This document shows positions 8,835 through 16,088 of a stretch of DNA of 32,219 nucleotides, in pieces. How positions within the stretch are numbered: the first letter of the stretch is position 1; every line of letters begins with the position of its first letter. Location of the stretch: positions 1 through 32,219 of the forward strand of contig CAZHPN010000056.1 in the NCBI GenBank assembly GCA_964534375.1, written 5' to 3'. Made by a program: the position numbers and the translations under genes. The DNA is from an uncultured bacterium (GTDB lineage Bacteria; Lernaellota; Lernaellaia; Lernaellales; Lernaellaceae). The notes below the pieces were generated by a model. It did not search any database. It was not told where the DNA came from and worked only from the letters and a program-made list of their open reading frames with translations.

Positions 8835-11477
8835 ATGCAGGAGCGCGATTTGAAGTTTGACCGGGAACCGCACCGAGTGCCCCTAGCGAAACTTCGTTGG
8901 CGGTGCGACCCCTCCTGCTTCCGCTTCAAAACAACGAAAGATGCGAAACCGCTCGATGGCGTGCTGGGCCAGGCCCGCGCGCTTAAAGCGATCGAGTTGG
9001 GCCTCAGTCTCGAAGCGCCCGGCTACAACATCTACGTCAGCGGTCTGCCCGGCACGGGCAAGATGGCGACGATCAAAGCGCTGCTCAAGCGGCTGGGCCC
9101 GGCGAAGGAGCCGCCGCAGGACATCGTTTTTGTCAACAATTTCGGCGATCCGCAAAAACCGGCGTGCCTCAAGCTGCCGGCCGGCAGGGGCGGCGAATTC
9201 AAGAAAGACATGTCGCTGGTGGTGGAAGATTTGCAGCGGGCCGTGCCCAATGTTTTCGACAACCAGGAATTCAAAGACCGCCGCGACGCGCTCGTCGAAG
9301 AGCACCGCAATCAGCAAAAAGAGCACTTCCGCCAACTCGAGACGACCATCCGCAACGAGAATTTTGCGATGGTGCAAGTGCAGATGGGGCCGTTCACCCG
9401 GCCGATGATTCTGCCGCTCATCGACAATCAGCCGGTGCAGTTCGAGCAACTCGAGAACTTGGCGGCGAACGGCAATTTCCCGACCGAAACGCTGGAGCGC
9501 CTCAAAGAGCAGCACGCCGTCCTGCGCAACGAACTCGAATCGACGATGAAGAAAGTCCGGCAGATCGAGCGGGCGATGCGCGAAGCGCTCAACGAACTCG
9601 AGCAGAGCTTCGGCTCGAATCTCGTCGCCGATTTGTTGTCCGACCTGCGCGAGAAGTACAAGAAGATCGAAAGGGCGCAGCGGTATTTCGACCAGGTGCA
9701 AGACGCGGTGCTCGGCGACCTCTCGCGTTTCAAAGAGCGCGAGGAGCAGCCCGCGGCGCCGGCCGGTTCGCCAATGGGCGCGGAGCCGATGGGTCCCGAT
9801 GAATTCACCGAGTTTCAGGTGAACGTCGTCGTCGACAACTCGAAGACCCAGAAACGCCCGGTGATCATCGAAAACACGCCGACCTACAAAAACCTGTTCG
9901 GCTTCGTCGAGAAGCAGATCAACAAAAGCGGCAATTGGGCGACCGACTTCACCAAGATTCGCGCCGGCAGCATTCTGCAGGCCGACGGCGGCGTGCTGGT
10001 GATCAATCTGCTCGACGCCGTCTCTGAGACCGGCGTCTGGAAAAACCTCAAGCGCACGCTGAAAACCCACGAACTGGAAATCGAAGGCTGGGACGCCGTC
10101 TACTGGATGCTCGTCTCCAGCCTCAAGCCGGAACCCATTCCGATCAACCTGAAAATCGTCGCCATCGGCGACGCTTGGCTCTTCCATTATCTTTACAGCT
10201 ACGACGAGGACTTCAACAAGATCTTCAAGGTCAAAGCCGACTTCGACTACGAAATGGAAAAAAGCGGCGAGATGATCATCCGCTACGCCTCGTTCCTCAA
10301 CCGCATCATCACCGACGAAAACCTCCTCCATTTGAATGCCAAGGCGATGGCGGCGGTTGTCGAGGAAGGCGTGCGGATGACCGGCTGGCAGAAGAAACTC
10401 TCCACCCGGTTCTCGATCATCGCCGACATCGTACGCGAAGCCAGTTACTACGCGGCGCAGGAAAACAAAAAGCTGGTCGCCGAAACCCATATCGCGCAGG
10501 CGCGGCGGGCGCGGCGCGAACGCTTGGCCCTCTACGAAGACAAACTCAACGAACTGATCGAGGAAGGCAAGATCCTCATCAGCTCGAGCGGCGCGGTCGT
10601 CGGGCAGATCAACGGCCTGGCGGTCGCGATGCTCGGCGATTACGCGTTCGGCCATCCGGCGCGCATCACCGCGCAGGTGGGCCTGGGCAACGGCGAAATC
10701 GTCAACATTGAGCGCGAGAGCAAGCTCTCCGGCCGGATCCACGACAAAGGGATGCTGATCCTCGGCGGCTATCTCCGGGGCAAGTATCTCAAGGACAAGC
10801 CGATGAGCGTCAGCGCCAGCATCTGCTTCGAGCAGAACTATTCCGGCGTCGACGGCGACAGCGCCAGTTCGACCGAGATGTATGCGTTGTTGTCCGAGTT
10901 GGCCGGCGCGCCCTTGGCGCAAAACATCGCCGTGACCGGCTCGATGAACCAGAAGGGCGAGATCCAGCCGATTGGCGGGGTCAACGAAAAGATCGAAGGC
11001 TTCTTCGAGATCTGCAAGGCCCGTGGCCTCGACGGCAAACAGGGCGTGGTGATCCCGCACCAGAACGTCGACGATCTGATGTTGCCCGAAGAGATTGTGG
11101 AAGCCGCGCGACGGAAGAAATTCGCGATCTGGTCGGTGAAGACCGTCGACGAAGGCCTGGCCGTGCTGACCGGGATGCCGGCCGGCGAACGCCTGCCCAG
11201 CGGCGAGTATCCGGAAGGGACCATCAACCATTTGGTTGACAAGCGCTTGCGCGAGATGGCAACCGCGCTGCGCAAATTCGGCAAAAGCAAAACCGCGAAA
11301 GAACAGGAGGAGGAAGAGATGAACTGCACCAAGACCGTGACCGCGAAACCGAAAGCTGCCCCGAAGAAAGTGGTGAAGAAAGCGGCCCCCGCGAAGAAGG
11401 CCCCGGCGAAGAAAGTCGCCGCGAAAGCCCCCGCGAAAAAAGCGGCGGCCAAGAAACCGGCGAAAAAAGGCAAGTAG
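8835..11477 (+). CDS. Lon-family ATP-dependent protease (LonB/LonC-like AAA domain + S16 peptidase) with Lys/Ala/Pro-rich C-terminal tail
   Basis: GQARA, Walker A GLPGTGK, coiled-coil insertion, FEQNYSGVDGDSASS (catalytic Ser), VTGSMNQKGEIQPIGGVNEKIEGF (catalytic Lys). Confidence 0.92.
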   Translation: MQERDLKFDREPHRVPLAKLRWRCDPSCFRFKTTKDAKPLDGVLGQARALKAIELGLSLEAPGYNIYVSGLPGTGKMATIKALLKRLGPAKEPPQDIVFVNNFGDPQKPACLKLPAGRGGEFKKDMSLVVEDLQRAVPNVFDNQEFKDRRDALVEEHRNQQKEHFRQLETTIRNENFAMVQVQMGPFTRPMILPLIDNQPVQFEQLENLAANGNFPTETLERLKEQHAVLRNELESTMKKVRQIERAMREALNELEQSFGSNLVADLLSDLREKYKKIERAQRYFDQVQDAVLGDLSRFKEREEQPAAPAGSPMGAEPMGPDEFTEFQVNVVVDNSKTQKRPVIIENTPTYKNLFGFVEKQINKSGNWATDFTKIRAGSILQADGGVLVINLLDAVSETGVWKNLKRTLKTHELEIEGWDAVYWMLVSSLKPEPIPINLKIVAIGDAWLFHYLYSYDEDFNKIFKVKADFDYEMEKSGEMIIRYASFLNRIITDENLLHLNAKAMAAVVEEGVRMTGWQKKLSTRFSIIADIVREASYYAAQENKKLVAETHIAQARRARRERLALYEDKLNELIEEGKILISSSGAVVGQINGLAVAMLGDYAFGHPARITAQVGLGNGEIVNIERESKLSGRIHDKGMLILGGYLRGKYLKDKPMSVSASICFEQNYSGVDGDSASSTEMYALLSELAGAPLAQNIAVTGSMNQKGEIQPIGGVNEKIEGFFEICKARGLDGKQGVVIPHQNVDDLMLPEEIVEAARRKKFAIWSVKTVDEGLAVLTGMPAGERLPSGEYPEGTINHLVDKRLREMATALRKFGKSKTAKEQEEEEMNCTKTVTAKPKAAPKKVVKKAAPAKKAPAKKVAAKAPAKKAAAKKPAKKGK

Positions 11478-11515
11478 TTCGCCTCGCCGTTTTTTCTGCT
11501 TTTCGATGAAATTTG

Positions 11516-11542
11516 AAAGACTCCTGAGGGAGTCTTTTTTTT
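11516..11542 (+). terminator. Rho-independent terminator after the Lon gene
   Basis: AAAGACTCC-TGAG-GGAGTCTTT perfect stem ending in a T8 run. Confidence 0.85.
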
Positions 11543-11570
11543 AATGGCGAATGCGGAATGCGGAATGTCG
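11543..11570 (+). repeat. Heptamer tandem array (AATGCGG-like, 4 units)
   Basis: AATGGCG AATGCGG AATGCGG AATGTCG. Confidence 0.8.
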
Positions 11571-11673
11571 GATGAGCCTCTTGCAAATTGATCGCCGGGC
11601 CTCGGCTGCTCGCGCACGCCTGACTGCAATTCGCGAATTCCTTCCGTGCCGCGAAGAAATTCGCGGCGATCGA

Positions 11674-11820
11674 AGCCCCGGCGGGGCGCAGGTGATTAGC
11701 CCAGCAATTCATTGCTGGGATTTCGGGCGCCTCCCCGCGTCTCTCGCGCGTTGTCCACAACCCGTGGAATGGGTGTAGGCGCCGTCCCGGGAATTCATTC
11801 CCGGTCGCCCCGCTGGGGCT
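11674..11820. repeat. REP/REPIN- or MITE-like palindromic element (147 bp)
   Basis: 15-bp terminal inverted repeat with 1 mismatch (AGCCCCGGCGGGGCG / CGCCCCGCTGGGGCT) and two internal AATTCATT-centred hairpins at 11700-11719 and 11787-11804. Confidence 0.7.
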
Positions 11821-11965
11821 GGCGTCAATACGGAATTTTGCAACGGCTCGGATGAGAAAATCCGCATAGGTATGGCCGAAAGATCGGCGCGGCGCGCACA
11901 AACCTCATGGGCGCCCCGGCAACGGCCCGAGGCTCCGCTGATTTCGTCTTCAGCCGGCGGGCGGC

Positions 11966-12259
11966 CTAGGCGCGGTCGAAGGAAAAGCCGGTCAGGCCGG
12001 TTTCGTGCAGCAATTGCTGCGTGGTCGGGGCGGGCGTCGCGTCTTTCTTGCGAGCGTGATGACGCTTGCCGGCGGCCGCGTGGCGGTGATGCGTGCGGTG
12101 TTTCCGGGTCTTCTTGTGCTTCGCGGGTTTCTTTTCGGGCGCCGCGACGGCGCCGTCGTCCGTCGCCGCGCGCTGGCGTTTCGCCTGCGCCGTCCCCGGC
12201 GCGACGAAGGCGACGGCCAGCACGACCAGCATTGCGTACTTCGCCAATTTTCGCCACAT
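11966..12259 (-). CDS. Small secreted Lys/His/Arg-rich hypothetical protein (97 aa)
   Basis: MWRKLAKYAMLVVLAVAFVAPGTAQA signal peptide with AxA site; purine-rich sequence upstream; basic low-complexity core. Confidence 0.7.
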   Translation of the reverse strand: MWRKLAKYAMLVVLAVAFVAPGTAQAKRQRAATDDGAVAAPEKKPAKHKKTRKHRTHHRHAAAGKRHHARKKDATPAPTTQQLLHETGLTGFSFDRA

Positions 12260-12414
12260 GATTCGGTTCTCTTTTCCTGGTTCGTTCGGTGTCATGAAAA
12301 CACAATGCCGGCGGGGCGTCAATAGGTGGGGCGCTGCGGGCGTCCGGCCCACAAGATCATGTGGTTATTTTGCCGCGAGCCGGCCGCCGGACGGCGACGC
12401 CCGCCCGGCCGATA

Positions 12415-14001
12415 TCACATATTTTTCGTCGCAAATTTGTGATATGACGCCAGCCAGTAAGCGACGAGGTAGTCGACGCCCGGGTTCACGGCCGCGGGGT
12501 CGTCGACGCCGCAGGCCTCGAACTGGAACGGGTTGCTCTGGAAGAGGAAGTCGTCCGAGCACTGCTGCGGAATCGGGAACGCTTCGAGCGCCTGCTCCGA
12601 AATGGTCCCGATCAGGCCGGAGAGCCACGAAAATTCCTGTTCGAGCGTGTACAGCAACTCGGAGAGCGGGTCCATCGTGAAATTCGTGCGGGCCGCCAGG
12701 GCGTAATTCACGCTGGGCGCCGGCGAGAAATCGGTCAGGTCGTCGACGAGCTGCGTTTGGTACGGATCGATCGGCGGCTGCGGCGCGTACGGGCCCTGGC
12801 TCATGTAGATGCCGGTGAACCAGGGGTTGTGCGACAGCCGCGTGAACGATTCGGTCTGCGTATTGTAGGTCTGTTGCAGGAAGGCGTACTCCGCGGGGCT
12901 GAGATAAACCTTGCCGAGGCGCAGCAAATTATACCAATTCGTATGGCCGAGGTTGTTGCCGTAATACTGCGCGTAGCGGTTCATCAAGCTGATGTTCGAC
13001 AGCACGATGATGTCGCGCTTGTTCGCGGGCAGCCATTGCTGCAAAGCGGTCTTGTAGCGCGCGTCGCCGGTGAGGTGATAGGCGATCAGCAACCAATCCA
13101 TCTCCTGCGGCACGAGGACGGGCGCGCCGCCATCGGGCGGTTGCTCGGCGTTGTCGATGATCACCCAATTCGCGGCGATCAGGGCGTCGACGACCTCGGC
13201 CACGTCGGCGGCGATCATCGCGCGGGTCGGCGCATCGTCGACCAAATCGTAGGCCATGGCCATGCCGAAGAACCAGCCGGTGTATTGGTCGCGGCTCGTG
13301 TCGCCCCACCAGAAATCGCCGGCGTACTGGCCCGAATTCACCGCGTGGCAGCGGTCCTGGCTTTGGCACCACGCGGCGCTCTGATAAATCAAGGAGTTTT
13401 GCGAACCCCAATAGCGGGCGATGAATCCGGTTTGGCCGGTGACGTGCAGGAAGCCGTCGAGCGTATGGACCATCGCGATGGCGCTGGCTTTGGCGGCCGC
13501 GTCGTTGGTCACGTAGTAGCGCATCGCCTGGCTGCCGAGATAGGTGCCGGTCCAGATGCAACTGTCGCCCCAGTCGCCGTAGCCGGCGACGGTCGTGTGG
13601 GTCGCGTCGGTGAAGTTCGTGTCGAGCGAACCGCCGTGATAAGGCTCGTGCCATTGAATGTGCCACGCGTCGTAGTCATTGCCCTTGGCGCGCAGCGGCC
13701 CGGCCGCGACGTTCTCGTTGTAATCGCGCGGTTCGACGTTGCTCTGCGGCCACGGCGCCACGTAATCGTCGGGCAGGGGCGAGGCGTCGTCGTCCGGCGA
13801 GATATCGTCGTCCGGCGAGATATCGTCGTCCGGCGAGGCGTCGTCGTTGTCGTTATCGTCGTTGTCATCGTCGTCGTCGTCCGGCGACGCGTCGTTGTCA
13901 TCGTCGCTCGGCGTAGATAAACTGCTGGAACTGCCGCCGCAGGCGAAGAGCAACGCGGCAACGACGAGGAGCAGCAACATCCGCGGGACAAGATGGTTCA
14001 T
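12415..14001 (-). CDS. Predicted lipoprotein with Asp-rich linker and a large helical, possibly glycosidase-like, domain
   Basis: GGAGG RBS; LFAC lipobox; SPDDD repeats; Trp/Tyr-rich domain homologous to 26832..28604. Confidence 0.85.
   Translation of the reverse strand: MNHLVPRMLLLLVVAALLFACGGSSSSLSTPSDDDNDASPDDDDDDNDDNDNDDASPDDDISPDDDISPDDDASPLPDDYVAPWPQSNVEPRDYNENVAAGPLRAKGNDYDAWHIQWHEPYHGGSLDTNFTDATHTTVAGYGDWGDSCIWTGTYLGSQAMRYYVTNDAAAKASAIAMVHTLDGFLHVTGQTGFIARYWGSQNSLIYQSAAWCQSQDRCHAVNSGQYAGDFWWGDTSRDQYTGWFFGMAMAYDLVDDAPTRAMIAADVAEVVDALIAANWVIIDNAEQPPDGGAPVLVPQEMDWLLIAYHLTGDARYKTALQQWLPANKRDIIVLSNISLMNRYAQYYGNNLGHTNWYNLLRLGKVYLSPAEYAFLQQTYNTQTESFTRLSHNPWFTGIYMSQGPYAPQPPIDPYQTQLVDDLTDFSPAPSVNYALAARTNFTMDPLSELLYTLEQEFSWLSGLIGTISEQALEAFPIPQQCSDDFLFQSNPFQFEACGVDDPAAVNPGVDYLVAYWLASYHKFATKNM
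13787..13837 (-). repeat. 18-bp coding tandem repeat (SPDDDI units)
   Basis: TCGTCGTCCGGCGAGATA, two full copies and one partial. Confidence 0.85.
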
Positions 14002-14110
14002 CGCCGCCTCCGGGAAACGTCTGGTTCAAATCCTTTTGCTTAATTGACGCGCAACGGACCGCCAGCAGGATATGCCAATTGACCGGAAAACGCCAGAGTC
14101 GGGCGGTTCC

Positions 14111-14941
14111 TCAAACGTTTCGTACCGCGTTTACGAAGAACGCCCACTCGGGCAGGAGATCGCGCGCCCGGTCGGGATTCGCCCGAATCCATTCGCGGAG
14201 GACATAAAGAAACGACCCGGCGCCCGACAGACCTTTGCTGGCAAGCCATGGACCCAATCCGGCGATGAGGTCTTTTCCCGAAAACCAAACCAAAACGTCG
14301 CCGAGACTGCGGCAAAATCCGTCCGTGAAACGAGCCGCGAAATCGTCGCAGGTTTTGGCCACTGCTTCAGCCGCGAGTGCGCCGGCGATGCTTGCGCCGT
14401 GAGCAGCCGCGGTTTTCAACGCCCAATCCCGCGATGCCGCAAGGTCGAGAGCGGCCGGAAGTCGATATTCGTGATCCGTCACATCGTCCGGGCGCGTCCG
14501 CAGCTCGTAATGCGGGGGCAACGATCGCCGGGCGCAACCTACCGCCCAGCGCGCCGCTTGGTATTCGCGAATCGCATCGGCGGCGTCGCTGAGCGCCGCC
14601 CGATAACCGTCAATTTTCCATTGAGGCAGCGCCGCTTGGACGAGGACCGGATCGAGCAGGTAGTTCTCGATCTCGTGACGCCGCCAATGCCAGCCCAGAA
14701 CCACAGGTGTTTTGCCCGCGGTTTCTGCCTGCGGTTCATCGGCGGGTTGCGGGTCGAAATCGAAGTCGCGGTCACGGATGTAATAAACATTGGAAAGCTT
14801 GGTTTCTCGGCGTTCCCTGTCGACGATCGGCTTGAGGCTGTTCTTGGAACCCCCGCGCTTGATCTTGGGCACTCCCGCCAACAACACGCCGAGCACTTGC
14901 GCGTCGAGACCGCCTTCGACGTAAAGCGTCTCTATCGGCAC
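14111..14941 (-). CDS. TOPRIM-domain protein (DUF4435/OLD-like putative nuclease), 276 aa
   Basis: GTG start at 14941 overlapping the ATPase end, GGAGG at 14948-14952; LYVEGGLD (TOPRIM Glu), GGSK, IRDRDFD (DxD), HEIENYLLDP. Confidence 0.78.
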   Translation of the reverse strand: MPIETLYVEGGLDAQVLGVLLAGVPKIKRGGSKNSLKPIVDRERRETKLSNVYYIRDRDFDFDPQPADEPQAETAGKTPVVLGWHWRRHEIENYLLDPVLVQAALPQWKIDGYRAALSDAADAIREYQAARWAVGCARRSLPPHYELRTRPDDVTDHEYRLPAALDLAASRDWALKTAAAHGASIAGALAAEAVAKTCDDFAARFTDGFCRSLGDVLVWFSGKDLIAGLGPWLASKGLSGAGSFLYVLREWIRANPDRARDLLPEWAFFVNAVRNV

Positions 14942-15966
14942 AGCCCGCCTCCTTGGAGGCGGATTTTTTCGTCCTCGGGCACGATGTCTTCCAGGGCGAC
15001 CGAGTGCGAGGTGACGATGAATTGGCAACCCGGCGCCAGCTTCGGCAGGAACGTGTAAAGGCCCTGCTGTTCCGGCGGATGAAGATGAAGCTCCAACTCG
15101 TCGAGCAGCACGACCGAATTGGCGATGTCTTGCCAAACGATTTCATACGCCAGCGGAAAAACCGCCTGCTCGCCGGAAGACATTTCCGAAATATCGTACG
15201 GGACTTCGCAACCGTCGCGCCTGACCATGACGTACATGTTTGTCGGCGTCGGCTGATTCTTGTTGTTCTTCGGCTGTACGCCGACGAATTCAAACCCCGG
15301 GAAGATCCGCGCCATGTGCTCTTGAATAAGAACAACATGGTCCTTTTCGGGTGGCGGCGTCGACGTGTGGAGACCCCACAAACCGACGAGCTTGGTTCTC
15401 AGCGATTCGACCGCATCGGTCCAACCTGCTGCGTTTGATGCCCCCAAGCTCCGAAACTGGTCAAACCAGAATACGTCGCCTAGTCTTGCGATGAAACGAC
15501 TTACTTGCGGTGATTCTTTCTCGAATTTGAGCAAGCGATTTCGGACGGCCAAGTATTTATACTGAGGATCCTTTTCTCTAGGTTCGGTAAAATATTTCAG
15601 ACTCACGTAGGACGTGGAACTGTTACGCTTGTCGAAGTCAATTGCGAAAAATCCGAGTTTGCTCAACTTAACAATGGCATCCCACTCCTGGCCGTAAAGA
15701 TCAACTTCCAGGTCAACCGATGTCGCGCCCAAAGAACTCATGCGCTCCAAAACAAAGCCGGGCCAAGTGAAGTCGCTCTTATTATTGAATTTCTGGGTTG
15801 CCAAGCCAAACGTCAGCGCGATCGCTTGCAGCGCCGTCGTCTTGCCCGAGCCGTTGTCGCCGAGCAATAACGTGCGATCCCGCACGCCGCCGTCGGGTGT
15901 GGTGAAACCCAACTCCAGGTGCTTGATGCCCTTAAAATTGTCGATCACCGCTTTTCGCAACTTCAT
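14932..15966 (-). CDS. ABC/SMC-like ATPase (AAA_21/AAA_15 type), 344 aa
   Basis: IDNFKGI, Walker A GDNGSGKT, signature MSSGEQ, Walker B/D-loop LLDELELHLHP, H-loop IVTSHS; no TM segments. Confidence 0.9.
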   Translation of the reverse strand: MKLRKAVIDNFKGIKHLELGFTTPDGGVRDRTLLLGDNGSGKTTALQAIALTFGLATQKFNNKSDFTWPGFVLERMSSLGATSVDLEVDLYGQEWDAIVKLSKLGFFAIDFDKRNSSTSYVSLKYFTEPREKDPQYKYLAVRNRLLKFEKESPQVSRFIARLGDVFWFDQFRSLGASNAAGWTDAVESLRTKLVGLWGLHTSTPPPEKDHVVLIQEHMARIFPGFEFVGVQPKNNKNQPTPTNMYVMVRRDGCEVPYDISEMSSGEQAVFPLAYEIVWQDIANSVVLLDELELHLHPPEQQGLYTFLPKLAPGCQFIVTSHSVALEDIVPEDEKIRLQGGGLCR

Positions 15967-16088
15967 CCGCGTAGTCCTGTGGAAGGCAAGGTCTTATATA
16001 ACAACCGCGGGCGGGCGCCAACCCGCGCCAGGATCATGCGGCCGGACGCGAACGCGGCGGTCGACGGCGCCGGTCAAGCCGCCGCGGC

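Noticed and set aside
12412..12445. ATATCACA...TGTGATAT inverted repeat over a stop codon, CRP-like half sites
   Set aside because: Half sites are in the wrong order and spacing for CRP/FNR and lie mostly in coding sequence; may be chance
14002..16088. Mobile element boundaries around the ATPase-TOPRIM pair
   Set aside because: No integrase, transposase, att-like direct repeats or attC structure seen in the flanks
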